Under the pieces are notes generated by a model. The model did not search any database. It was not told where the DNA came from and worked only from the letters and a program-made list of their open reading frames with translations. Both the position numbers and the translations under genes were made by a program. 64,000 nucleotides of DNA from Schizochytrium sp. TIO01 (Eukaryota; Protista; Bigyra: Labyrinthulomycetes): the NCBI GenBank assembly GCA_004764695.1, contig SMSO01000007.1:682001-746000 (forward strand), read 5' to 3'. Positions within the stretch are counted from its first letter, which is position 1, and the number at the start of each line of letters is the position of its first letter. Below are positions 26,103 through 38,147 of this stretch, in pieces.

Positions 26103-27377
26103 CTACTGCCAAATAAGCATCAGCGTGTTTTCATTCCCGAATAGTCTCAAGTGAGATGCCGCAACCTCAGCAAGATTGATGCCTTGAACTGCAAGGATGC
26201 TGTTTACGGACGCCTCCTCAAGCGCTTGGCGCATGATCTCGTAAGAGACTTTAGCATATCGAGTAATAGGTCCCACCGTGACTTCGAAAAGAAGCTGATT
26301 AGGCTCTTTAGGGTGCTTGAATCCGATCAAAAGTGCATCGACAAGGATGGGCTGCTCTGCAGGACGTACATGTGGAATGTGTACGCGTTGGTGGCACAGT
26401 TGGCCGCGATCCTCATTTGAGCGGATGATTGCTCGGTCTGCTTTGTCTTGTGCATGTTGAGCGCGATGCTCCTCTTTAGACATGGGGCGAGTAGTGACTT
26501 TACCTCCAGTAGCATGGTTCACATCATTCGCAGCTGATGGATTAAGGCTCAAGGCTTCCATAGAGCGGGATAAGGGTCTCCGGAATAGGTCCTGAGTATC
26601 TGCTTGTATACACCGCGAGTGTTGGGTTTGGCTAGACTTTGAGTCCTCATTAGACTTTGTCATACCAAGGAGGCTAGATGACGAAAAAGAGTTTGAATTT
26701 CCACTCAATGATGGTAGATTTCGACCCTGAGTGGACGGCCGAAGTTGCTTACGAGAATGCGGGGGAACAGAGAGACGGCACATGTTTTTACAGACCTTTC
26801 GGTGGTGCTTGTATTCTTCATTGAGCTGATTTCGAGGTCGAATGGATGGCTTAGCAGTGATAAGGCGCTGCAGAAATTGCGCATTCTCCATGTCAAGCTT
26901 GTTCTGGGCATGCCGTCTTGCCGTATTCAAATACTTCTTCCGATCCTTCATTGTCTTCACGTGGGTTCTTCGCGCGGGTAGGTTGGTTGCGGTAATCTCC
27001 GTTTCGGTTTCTTGGACTTTGACAAGGCGTTTAGCGAGCGCCTCATTCTCGCGTCTTATTCGGGCAAGCTGTAGTTCTAGTGCATGCGCTTTGTTGCTTG
27101 ACCCGAGAGACAAAATTTCCTCTTGGCGCTTAAGCATAGACATATGCTGCTCTACAGTTTGTGCTACAGAGGAGCGCATAGTCCGAAGCGCTTTTTTATG
27201 CAGCGTGCGTTCGCGTTCTCGCCATTGTTTTGTTGTGAAGCTTGGTTTGACACCAAGTTCTAGATCGGGTAGGCGCCACTTCCTCTGCCCTTCATCGTCG
27301 AGTGCTGCTGTTCTTGCTCTAGCTTCTAATGCATCGAGCACTGCCGGGACCCCGGCCAATGCAGGGTCATCTCCCAT
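26103..27377 (-). CDS. CFAP97/Hemingway-like coiled-coil protein (cilia-associated family)
   Basis: Repeated motifs ARIRRENEALAKRL and KLDMENAQFLQRLITAKPSI. Confidence 0.6.
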   Translation of the reverse strand: MGDDPALAGVPAVLDALEARARTAALDDEGQRKWRLPDLELGVKPSFTTKQWRERERTLHKKALRTMRSSVAQTVEQHMSMLKRQEEILSLGSSNKAHALELQLARIRRENEALAKRLVKVQETETEITATNLPARRTHVKTMKDRKKYLNTARRHAQNKLDMENAQFLQRLITAKPSIRPRNQLNEEYKHHRKVCKNMCRLSVPPHSRKQLRPSTQGRNLPSLSGNSNSFSSSSLLGMTKSNEDSKSSQTQHSRCIQADTQDLFRRPLSRSMEALSLNPSAANDVNHATGGKVTTRPMSKEEHRAQHAQDKADRAIIRSNEDRGQLCHQRVHIPHVRPAEQPILVDALLIGFKHPKEPNQLLFEVTVGPITRYAKVSYEIMRQALEEASVNSILAVQGINLAEVAASHLRLFGNENTLMLIWQ

Positions 27378-28969
27378 CTCCCGTTGACTTTGATCTCGGC
27401 TACGACGAATTCGATTTCCTCTGTTGTGTCCTCCTATGATGGCAGTTTCCTTTGTGCTTCTCCGTAAGCTCCAGGGCTCTGCTCCTATCGCTCAGGCTCT
27501 CACCACCTGTGTTAGCCACTTTTGTGCTCTGTTTCTGATGCACTCCGCTTCTGCTGCCGTGCAAGGTCCAGGTGAAGGTAAGCCGTCGGATGAGAGAATG
27601 AAGCTTATAATATGCGGATCAATTAAGTTCTTGTTCGCAGCAATTGAGGTCGAGGAATGCTTCCAATGCCGCGCCGAAGAAGGACTTCCGTACTGGAGGC
27701 TCTAGCAGTATCCATATAGGCTAAAGCATAGAATTAGTTGAATGGCAGATATCATAGCAGTACTAGGTAGTACTACTAGTGATTTCATTAATAGGTTTAG
27801 TAGAATTGCATAAATCAAACATTTGAACATGATCAAGCTAATAAATGCCTATTGACTGAGCCGAGGGGGGGGGGATGTAAGATAGGAATATATCCTAACG
27901 AGTCCACGATGATGAAAGAGATATTCCACTCACTGTAAGTAAAAGTCTGGTTCATGCAGTGTGGTTATTGAGTCATAATTGTTGTGGTAAAGAAAAAGAA
28001 GAAAATATTAAAAAAAGTGAGGACATCAGCAGCATATGGAAGATGGAAGCATTGATTCCTTTCTTATCACTCCAAATGAAATGAGCAGCAGCTCTGCCCG
28101 TGCTAATCCTGCAACTGTTAAACCGAGTCCACTTTCTTCTCAGCACTTTGTCCTAATATGGGACGTTTTAAAAGACACAGCGGTACAACCTAGTCAGGCA
28201 TATTGTTCTCCGCGCCGTCAAATCTGACCCCTCAATATTCTACTTGTATACCAGTCACTTCAAGACAAAGTCGTCGGTCGTATCCGCGACTCCGGCGGGA
28301 TCGTGATCCAAGTGAGGCAAAGGACGCTCAGGCCTCTGATTGATTATCTGGCCACGGGCAAATTATTTTCGTTTAGTAATTGAATACCTACCTTGGGCTT
28401 CGAGACACTCTCTCTGTTAAATTGGGCAGAACTGCTAGCTTCTTCAATGAATGATCATCACTCACTGCAAAAACAAAAGCAAGCTTTTGTGTTATTCAAC
28501 GAGAGAAGATTAACTTTCCAAGGTTGACAAGCCACTTTCTACAGACAGCTGAAAGTTGACATTGTACCACTCTTTTCGGCTGTCGCAAAATCTGCCAAGT
28601 CCCCTGCAGGGTCCGCGCCGTGTCATTGCGTTCTCATTTCAACTCGGGTTCTTTATTACCAAGCCACATTAAAAACCCCACTGTGAATTATTCTAATCAT
28701 TGTATTTAGACAGAGTGCTTATTATAGGAATGCGTGCGCTACTCGTAGGTCACATTATATTTAGAACAAGAACAAGAACAGAGCACTTCGACTTCCTCTT
28801 CTTTTTGGTTTATGAAGAAGAGGCAATGAAGGAAAGGAGAAAGCCACCACTCTTTTTGCCTATGAAGAAGAAAAGAAAGTAGAGAAGGACAACAAGCACA
28901 AGGAGAAGCACAACAAGAGTCAAACAAAATTGGCTTGCTTAAAGCAAGTTATTCGTCGGAGCTGGCGCA

Positions 28970-29632
28970 ATGGCGGACGAAGCTGTGGCACTGAGCGGCC
29001 CTGCCGCCGGGAGGGACCTTAACGTTGACGCAGGTGAAAACTCGGATTTAGATCTTGACTTTCTAAGCGACAGCGAAGAGGAGGAGGACCACGAAAAGGA
29101 GGACAAGCCCAACGATGCTCTGTCTGGGACTGCGTCAAGTGGGTTGGTCATTGAGGGTTCCGATGAAAGTACTAGATTTTCAACAATTGCTGGCGGAAAC
29201 GATGCCGAAAACCTCGCAGTGGGCATCGAAGAAATGCGTGTAGCGCCTACGTCTACCGTCTTCACCAAGGAAAAGAGCTTAACCGTCCAGAGCCTTGTAA
29301 AAATTGAAAACCCAAACTACGAGAAGGAAACTCCAGAACAAGCTGCAATGCGTGAGGCCGCAGCAGCAGAAAAGAAGCTTGCTCAAGAAAGAGCCGAAGA
29401 GGAGCTTTTGGCAAGTGGTGGGACTGTAGAAGCTGCCGCAGATCTTGAGCGTCTAGAGGAGGTTAAACGCCTCCGGGCTCGCGAGACTCGGCGCCGGGAG
29501 CATGAAGCGAGGAAACAGGAAGAGCGAAGGGTTGCTGCAGCAGAGCGCGCAGCTGAGCTGGACGCCAAAATCAAAGCTAAGCTTGCTGGAGGAGGCAACA
29601 AAAATAAGAAAAAGAAGGGCAAGAAGCGATGA
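28970..29632 (+). CDS. Hypothetical acidic/coiled-coil protein with basic C-terminal tail (NLS-like)
   Basis: 220-aa ATG ORF; E/A/R-rich helix; ends KNKKKKGKKR. Confidence 0.7.
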   Translation: MADEAVALSGPAAGRDLNVDAGENSDLDLDFLSDSEEEEDHEKEDKPNDALSGTASSGLVIEGSDESTRFSTIAGGNDAENLAVGIEEMRVAPTSTVFTKEKSLTVQSLVKIENPNYEKETPEQAAMREAAAAEKKLAQERAEEELLASGGTVEAAADLERLEEVKRLRARETRRREHEARKQEERRVAAAERAAELDAKIKAKLAGGGNKNKKKKGKKR

Positions 29633-30689
29633 TTCAGAAGGTCCGCATGGCCAGATAGGTTCCCTGAAACTCAAACAATGCCCCTCTGGACTCCAAAATG
29701 TCTCGCTTTCTATGCTACTTTGCATTTCTTGATGGTACTGCCTCTTGGTTTCTACCTATATTACTTCCCCTTGCTTGGTCTCGCTCTTGCCGATCTCAAC
29801 TTATTATGTGTTTCTTGTTTTATCTGGAAAGGAAAAGGAGACTACACACCACCGAAAATGCTGCTTACTCTTTTGCCTTAACCTGGAGGCTGTTTGAGCA
29901 GCTATAATGATAGCCTTTGGTGCTCTCTAAGTGCTCTGTTATTTTTTTTGTTTGTAGCAATTCAACATCATTTTCGTAGCACCTAGAAAGAGAATAAATC
30001 TACTCAATCGAGATGTGAAGCTACACATAAAATTTATTCTGACTATCTCTTTTGCAGCGCCCCGTTTAGATGTGTGGCTTCTTCTGTTAATGTAGAGACC
30101 AAGTTTGCATAATTCTTAACATATCTGATATCTGGTCAATGGCACATAACGTTTTTAGAATTTTGGCACGATTTGAGAATCTTTGTCGTTAAGTCTAATT
30201 GGATTTGGTGGCACCGAGGCAGGCTTTAGTCTCCATCAGCTGCTTTACTTTTGTTTTACTCTTATGGATAATAAATAAACATGAGCTAACTTCGTTACCG
30301 TTTAACTGTTCGCTATTGTAATATTTTAAGGGAGTGTGACAGGCTTAATTTACTCAGGATATGGCATCTTGACGGAGCTTTAGGACAAAAAAAGAACGAC
30401 GAAGCACTGCTTAAATATCAACTGGCAAAGTAAATCAAATCCGGTATTCCCATAAGGTTATGCAAATAATCCGCACGTCATGTTTAAATGAATAAATAAG
30501 GGCAGTGAAACTCGTCTTTCACCATGTTCCTACAATGAATATCCCGTAACGAATACCTCTGACATGAGCCGGCCTTGCTGTTAAATTAAGTTTACAACAC
30601 GAGGAGAGGTATATATCTACTTTCCTAAAAAACATCGATCAAGACAGAAGAAAATTATTGTAAGATCCTCAGAAAATTGAATAAATTGT

Positions 30690-32085
30690 TTAGCCAACCA
30701 CGTAGACGCGGATGAGGTTGTCGGAGGAACCAACAAAGAGGGTGCTGCCGTCAGCAGACCAGCAGAGGGAGGTGCAGAAGGGGGGCATGTACTTGGAGCC
30801 GTGGACCTCCTCGTCGTCCTCGTCGAGGCGGATGTCGGCGACGACAACCTTGGACTCGAGGTCCCAGATCTTGACACCGGACTGGGTGGCGGCGCAGAGC
30901 CAGTAGCGGTTGGGGGAGAAGACGAGGGAGTGGATGATCTCGTTGGCGTCGAGCTGGTAGAGGAGCTTGGCCTCGGTGAGGTCCCAGAGCATGGCCTTGC
31001 CGTCCTTGCCACCGGAGGCACAGAGGGAGCCGTCAGGGGAGACGGTCACGCTGTTGAGGTAACCGGTGTGGCCAATGAGGTTGGCCTTGAGGCGGCAGTT
31101 GGAGAGGTTCCACACCTTGACGATACCGTCCCAGCCGGCGGAAACGATGAGGGGGCTGGTGTGGAGGGGGGAGAAGCGCACGCAGGAGATCCACTCGGTG
31201 TGCTGGTCCTCAGTGATGGTGTACTTGCACTCACCAAGAGTGTTCCAGAGCTTGATGGTGCGGTCGCGGGAAGCGGACACGATCTGGCGGTTGTCGAGGG
31301 AGAAGGCGACGGAGAGAACATCCTTCTTGTGGCCAACAAAGCGGCGGGTGGTGGCGCCGGTGTTGATGTCCCAGAGACGGAGGGTGCCGTCCCAGGAGCC
31401 GGAGAGGCAGAACTGGCCGTCGCTGGAGATGACGACATCCTCAACGAAGTGGTGGTGGCCGGTCAGGGCACGGCGAGCGAAGCCCATCTGCTCGTTGTGG
31501 GTGAGGGCCCACACAATAACGCTCTTGTCACGACTGGCAGAGAGAACCATGTTGGGGTTCTCATGGGTGGTGGCGATGGCGGTCACCTACAATTCGTCGA
31601 GCAATTAAACAAAACAAGCACGCATGAATGAGCATTTGACCGTGTTAGTTTACCTGTTCTTTCAGCCTGATCTACATAATAATTGTGTCTGTTGCCTTCG
31701 GCGGTCTTTACATCTTGCACATCCCAGTAACTCAGGACACAAATTATGTCTAGAATTATTTATCCTGGTCTTCCAACCCAACTATGATGACGATGTGGTC
31801 AAGAGGAGACAATGCATCCTCCCGATGGCATTCCTCTCCTTACATCAGAATACGTTAATCCTCCTGAACGGAGGCCAAACGATCAGTGTATAGAAATAGC
31901 AGTAGTAGCAAGTGGCTCCCAGCCGCTCGTTGTCTACTCCATGACCATCATCAACATCATCGAAAAGTTGCCTGGGTACTATAGCGCTGGCGAAACCTCA
32001 GCTGCGTTGCCCTTGCGTTCAACTTATCACTTACCCAGCCCTCGTGTCCGACCAACTGGCCGCGAAGAGTCAAAGAGTCACCCAT
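30690..32085 (-). CDS. RACK1: RACK1 / Asc1 WD40 ribosomal protein; complement(join(30690..31586,32035..32085))
   Basis: Exon 1 [17 protein letters not shown]|GTAAGT, 448-bp intron, then VTAIAT...[35 protein letters not shown]. Confidence 0.97.
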
Positions 32086-33140
32086 GTTGTCGCGTGTCTT
32101 GCTGCTGCTGATGCTGCTGCTCTGCTCGCCTCTTGTCTGTTTGGCTGCCAGCCTCTCCTTTCTCTCTCTTATTCTCTCCCTTTCAATGAGGATGTTATCT
32201 CTCTTCTCTTTGCATCTCCTTTAGTTTCTCCTATCTGCTTAGACTAGTTAATAAACCAATCGATTTGAATTAATATCTCTTTCACACTCTATTAGGTGTT
32301 TCGTATATATGCGCTTAGGCAGTCTACAAATTAAAGTAGGTCATCTTACGAGTGCTCCTTTTGCCGTGCTCTTCATAAAGTAAATCATAAGAGTGCTATG
32401 GAGGAGTAATCGAGAGAGACATTGAATTGAATAAGACCAACTAATACCCATGTTGGAAAGTAGACTTATTAGTTTAATTCACTTGCCTTCCCTTTTTATT
32501 ACAGTGCACGAAACCATTCCTCTACAGTATAGTTCGTATAATCAGGAGGCGCTCTTGTCTCCACACATGCATTCCCTGTGTTACCATTCCATATTGGCCG
32601 CTTTCACTTCGCAATAGTTTATCCGAATCACCGAGGTTGCTCATATTATAAACATATAGATGCCCTAACCCTGGCTGTGTCGGGAAAATGAGTTAATCCG
32701 TGTGCGCTCGTAGCCACAGAACTGCGTCAAAAGGGGTAGGACCTCTTAGGGATGTGCCTAGAGTTCGCGAGAGCTGAGGTGTGGAACTTGTGGAACATGG
32801 TAAGAGGAGTGGTGGTGAATTAGGTAATGGGTTAGTGGGTTCTTAGTGAGGAATAGAGGAGTGGAAAGAGGATGATTCGAAGAAGGTAGGGGAATGGACT
32901 AGAAGGGCATAGTGGAAGAGAGGGCGTAGCGGGGTTAGTGGCACTCGTAGAGAGTACTAGGGCGCAGGGAAGAGAGAGGAAGAAGGAGCCAAAGAAACTA
33001 AAAGAAAGGGAAAGAAAGGAAAAGAAGTGGAGGAGAGAGAAGCGATCGATTCTAGCGAAAGAGAGGCCAGCAGTCGCCAAGAGGAAACTGCTTTGCGTGC
33101 GTGCGTGCGAGTCCCGCGCAGCAGAAGACAGACAGCCACC

Positions 33141-34319
33141 ATGTGTAAGTGCGAGGCGCACAGGGCAAGGCGCGAGGCCCGGGGAACGCCGTTCGACTGA
33201 GAGCTCGGCGTACTGCTCGAGGACTCGGATCGACATGGCATGATCGTGTGGACATCAGGATCGGCAGCCACAGGAGCACTAGCCTGAATGAGTGCCACCA
33301 GGCTCGTGGAGGGCAGGGAGGGGATGGAGCAAGGAGTGACAACGACAAGCTGTGTAGCTCTTGGTGAGAGGCTTAGCAAACGTTCATTCGTTGCAGCGAG
33401 TTTAGCAACGCTGGATGAAGTATTGGTTACTCTCATTGTTACTTGCTTGCTTGCTTGCTTGCTTGCGTGGTCATCATTATTGTTAGAGAGACAACAACAC
33501 TGTCAAATGTCTGATGAAGCCACCCTAATGCTCCGTCCTCGTCAGACAAGATGAAACGTGCCGAATAGCACTGTATATATGCTTTTTGCTGGTTCACTTG
33601 CCTGGTTTCTGCACTTCTGAATAACATGTCTGCTCATGGTCGAGACCGAACTGGATGGTGTCACAATTTATCGTTGATTGGATTGTAGCCGAAGAATCTA
33701 CTTAGTCCATCGACAGAATAGAACCCTATCCATTAGTCTCTTTGGCATTCACCGAGATATTTCTAGAGTGGGGTTGGTGTTCGTATTTTTGTGTCGAATT
33801 TGCATGAATTTTGAAGAATCTGTTAGACTAACGTTAAACCCTGTATGCAATTGCTTGTTGCATTTCTGTATGTTAACAATCACAGCCCTCATGAAGATGG
33901 TTGATATTAAGAGCAAGTCTCCGGAGGAGCTTCTCAAGTCTCTCGAGGAGACCAAGGCTGAGCTCAGCAGCCTCCGTGTGGCCCAGGTCACCCAGAGCGC
34001 CCCCTCCAAGGTCGCCAAGATCAAGAACGTGCGCAAGCAGATTGCCCGCATCTTGACCGTCATCAACACTAACAACAAGGAGCTTGCTCGCGCCGAGGGT
34101 GCCAACAAGAAGAACAAGAACCTCGACATCCGCTCCAAGAAGACCCGTGCCATGCGCCGTGCCCTCACCAAGGACCAGCTCTACGTCCGCGCCACCAGCC
34201 AGCCCACCACCGAGAAGAGCGGTGCTGCCGCCAAAAAGTATGTTCGCCGTGTTACCGCCCGTGAGGCCAAGCGCGCGGCAAACTTCCCCAAGCGCGTGTA
34301 CGCCGTCAAGGCAAACTAA
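33141..34319 (+). CDS. RPL35: 60S ribosomal protein L35 (uL29); join(33141..33144,33886..34319), 145 aa
   Basis: Kozak GCCACCATGT|GTAAGT micro-exon and acceptor cacag at 33885. KSPEELLKSLEETKAELSSLRVAQV, VRKQIARILTVIN, LDIRSKKTRAMRRALT, FPKRVYAVKA. Confidence 0.95.
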
Positions 34320-34531
34320 GAATATTTTAGAAATGCTTTTGCGGGCTTTCTGACTTATCTGCTCTGCTTTTGATTTTCACCCTTTTGGATTGATACTTCA
34401 TTCCCTTTGAGTCTTTGATTCTTGTCCTTTCCAACTTGGAACATTCTTCCGTGAGCTGCTGCATCTGTATAATTTGCATCGTCTTTGTCGCCTCCCAGCT
34501 CTTATCGCTTGTAATCGTTAATATGGAGATG

Positions 34532-34689
34532 GAAGAAGATTAATACTACAGTTCTTCATACTCTTGGCGATAGTCTGTTTGTTGTTGTTGCTCTTAGAAA
34601 GTTGGTTCATGAAGAAGATTAATACTATAGTTCTTCATACTCTTGGCGGGAGTCTGTTTGTTGTTGTTGCTCTTAGAAAGTTGGTTCAT
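34532..34689. repeat. Two-copy 79-bp tandem repeat downstream of RPL35
   Basis: gaagaagattaatacta.agttcttcatactcttggcg..agtctgtttgttgttgttgctcttagaaagttggttcat at 34532 and 34611, with 3 mismatches. Confidence 0.95.
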
Positions 34690-35360
34690 CCGATAGATAC
34701 GGAGCGGTGCGAGCCGTTACACTACGTTTGCAGTAAAAGTTTACAACAACAGAACATGTTGATTTGGGCTTTATAGCTTTGCTGTCTGTGAAGGCGTAGA
34801 ATAGAAATGGGTTCCTGTTTCTGAAAGGCAGATGATAGATACTTGCACCTAGTCGTACTATTTTTCGTTATGGTAAATGAGGTTGTTGAAAAGATTGCCA
34901 ATGTTTTGTAAACATGGTTTCGAACTTTGTAGCGCCCGGTGCAGTACTGAGGTATATTAGTTCAATAGTTTCAGTGAATTGATTTCGCCAGCTCAAAGGT
35001 GTAAACGATCATCAGACGCATAGTTGTTTATTCAACACTATGAACAAAATGTAGATGCATAGAACTTCTACTATATGAATCTCTGAGGCACTTTATTCTG
35101 CAACAAGTGACTTTGTGTGTTAATCCAAAATACGGGTTCCCTACAAGAGCACAATACATCTGCGACATGCTGCGAATGTAAACTAATAGGAAAAAGCGGT
35201 GCGTCCTTCTATAAAAGAAGCCTACTACGAGTTGCAAGGAAAAAGATACTTGCTTTGATCTTATCATGTCGAATCAAAAGTTCATCTTCCTTGACACAAA
35301 ATAAAAGTTGAATTGAAGAGTTTTCAGATTTTTTAAAATTTCTTTATTCTAAGTACATGA

Positions 35361-36203
35361 TCAGTTAAGAATACGCTGGTAGCAACGAGCAAAGCCGGCC
35401 GGTACAAGTTCGATCCAGCAATACTGAAACACCATGCAGCTAATGAAACAGAGGCCGAAGAGTGCCTCGATGGTTTCCATGTCGACATCATCGTGCATCT
35501 CACCAAATTTAGGGAACATAATTGCACCAATGAGGCAAATCCAGGTGCCTTGCATCATAAGAAAGCCGGGGCAGCTGAGCTGAACAGCACGGGCAAGCCG
35601 CTTCTGGTTTGCAAGCTGGGCAGCGACAGACACAGCGTAAACAACCCACAACCAAAGTGCTGTCTCAGCCCAAAGGCTGTGGAAGAGGAAGTCTGCGCCA
35701 GGCTTTTTCATCTTGGCGTGGCCCTGCAGAAGATACCATTGGCTGAAAAAGCCCATAGTGAAACCGGCTTGGCTAAGAAGAGGTGCAGACTCAACATGGC
35801 GGACAGTAGATCCGGGGAAAAGACCACTTTCAAGACCATAAGCAACGCTCGCAGGAACGAATCCCAGGTACATGGTTAAGTGACCCTTCTCTTCAAAGAA
35901 GTTGCCTGTCTTGACCAGGACAGAGCCAATGCCCTCGTAAAGCATACCCATGATGATTGAAATGAGCGCATAGAGTGCAAACACGAGTTTGACACGGGCG
36001 GTTTTGCGCTCTGGGTCAGGTCGCAGCTGTACCTGTTCTTGAGCCTCTTTGTCCTCTTCAGAGGATCCCACAACTTCATAGTTGCAGTCTACGCGGCTGC
36101 CAGTTTTATCAGCATGCTGCTCGGCCTTATACACAAGGTTCAAAAGCACGCCAAGAATAATAAACTCGGCACCAGGAATAACATGGCCTCCCAAAGTACC
36201 CAT
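35361..36203 (-). CDS. TMEM45/DUF716 family membrane protein
   Basis: Starts MGTLGGHVIPG; also HLTMY, H..., and QGTW motifs with several TM helices. Confidence 0.8.
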   Translation of the reverse strand: MGTLGGHVIPGAEFIILGVLLNLVYKAEQHADKTGSRVDCNYEVVGSSEEDKEAQEQVQLRPDPERKTARVKLVFALYALISIIMGMLYEGIGSVLVKTGNFFEEKGHLTMYLGFVPASVAYGLESGLFPGSTVRHVESAPLLSQAGFTMGFFSQWYLLQGHAKMKKPGADFLFHSLWAETALWLWVVYAVSVAAQLANQKRLARAVQLSCPGFLMMQGTWICLIGAIMFPKFGEMHDDVDMETIEALFGLCFISCMVFQYCWIELVPAGFARCYQRILN

Positions 36204-37725
36204 CGTGACTTGACTTGGATTGGATTAAACGGTCTGCAGTTAACTAAAGTTCACTTCTAGGCCGGTGTTGCTGGTGGAATAGATAGCGTCTGATTTCAGT
36301 CTCTTGGACGTTACTCCCTTGCCCAGAATAAGAAGCAGCGCAAGTAGCGGTTCGTCCGCACCAGCGAACTCTACTCGGAGACTAAGAACGCGGCTCTTAG
36401 GGATTTAAACTTTTAAAAATTCTCAAGTGCAACTCCACTTCTTCGCCCTGCAAGTGCTTGTTTTGCGTCAACTGCACAGGTCACAAAGCTCCTAGTTGCA
36501 CCTTTAGGCGTTGATAGGGTCGACGATGATGGTGTCTGTCCGCACCACTATCAGCTACGAGAGTTCGCTCAGCAAGCTAGATGCGCGGCCTCTGGGACGC
36601 TGCACGTGGTTACTAGATTTCTTAGAGGGAGAGACCTGCTAGAAAAGTACGAGAAGGCAACGACGAAGCCTCCAGGATTGATACCATCCTCACTATCTAT
36701 CTACTAACACCAGCTGACTAGGGCTATCTAGCTGACCCAGTAGGACTCGCTCTGAGAAGAGAAGGCGTCAAAAGCTCATGTTGGCGACATCGACCTCAGT
36801 CAGAATCATTGTTTCATGGTTTCTGCTCTTCCTCGTCATCTCACTACTGATTGGGGGTAAGTGGGCAGTAGGCGCCTCCTTTGTTGAAAAGAAGGGGATC
36901 CTGACTAAAAGGTTTTGCATGCCCCTGCAAAGCTCGGCAAAGCAGGGTGCACACGAGAAATAGGGGGCAGTGTGAAAGGAGATTTTCAGTTATCTCGTGA
37001 AAGAAAGCGTACAAACAACAATGTAGGTATCTTCTATCTGTAGCTGGCCTATCTCTCTCTGCTTAGCTCCATATGGAGAACCTGGAGAGATGATGATGAG
37101 GCGCTTACTTTTATGATGGGCTCTGCAGGTAAGCAAGCAAGCTACCTCCCTCTAGAGCTCGCTCACTCGCATGCCAAACAGAACGGATGTGCTGTCTTGT
37201 TTCTGCTAACTAGGCAGGCTGCTGTTCTTCGAAAAGCTTGAACCACCAGCTAACTGCCTGCCTGCTTATTCGTATCGTGGCGTGCGTGTCGTGTCGTGTC
37301 GTGTCGTGTCATGTCATGTCATGTCAGGCAGCATTCGTGATCTATCTGAACACCATTACAAGTTGTAACTTGTGACTTTCTTGACCGGTAGGAGTAGCAG
37401 TCTAGGAGCCCACCTCAAGCGCACTAATAGTACCTCCTCTAATAAGCATGCCAGCTTTTAATTAAGAAAATAAAGATAAAAACATAAAAAAAATTGTTGT
37501 TTTACAAAACGAGAAAAAGAAAACAAGAAACAGCAAAGTTTTCAGCAAAAGTTGGCTTCGCGCGCGAATGAGCTTCAATGATGTTTCGAGACAGACATTT
37601 TTCATCTGATTTGATGTATGCTTTGTCTGTAAAATGACCAAATATGTACATTTTTGTCAGAATAAGTAGTTGGGTCTATTTAAATAAATACTGTTGTAGT
37701 CAAATTTGCAAGAGCGGCTGAGAAA

Positions 37726-37837
37726 GTTTGTTTGTTTGTTTGTTTGTTTGTTTGTTTGTTTGTTTGTTTGTTTGTTTGTTTGTTTGTTTGTTTGTTTGTT
37801 TGTTTGTTTGTTTGTTTGTTTGTTTGTTTGTTTGTTT
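37726..37837. repeat. (GTTT)n microsatellite, ~28 units
   Basis: Directly visible. Confidence 0.97.
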
Positions 37838-38147
37838 CGGACTTGATCAACCACCAGACCCTGCAACCTCTGCAGGAAAAAAATGAGTCTGTCCTCTTTT
37901 TGGTTCCATGTTTACTTCTCCGGTAAGAGCACAGAGGTCAAATGCCAATTCGATATAGTTTGGCATTTTATTCGGGCTCAACGGTATCAGAAATTAAAAT
38001 TTATATTAGTTGGCCGTCTTAACGTCAATTTACAAGGATGATAGTGTGCGTGACCAAGTTTTGCTGCTGTAGGCCGGACCTTCAAATTTAAAAAAATAAA
38101 AAATTATAAAATTATAAAAGAAAGTGGGTACACTCTTAGATTTTAAA

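Noticed and set aside
30801-31631. Long antisense/alternative ORFs over RACK1
   Set aside because: Codon-bias shadows of a highly expressed gene.
33511-33620. C/D box pair in the RPL35 intron
   Set aside because: TGATGA and CTGA are present, but there is no terminal stem or recognisable rRNA antisense element.
33678-33885. N-terminal extension of RPL35 in the ORF track
   Set aside because: Intronic; the real start is the ATGT micro-exon at 33141.
34532-34689. CRISPR-like array (also considered for 45799-45888)
   Set aside because: Contiguous tandem units without unique spacers, in a eukaryotic context with no cas genes.
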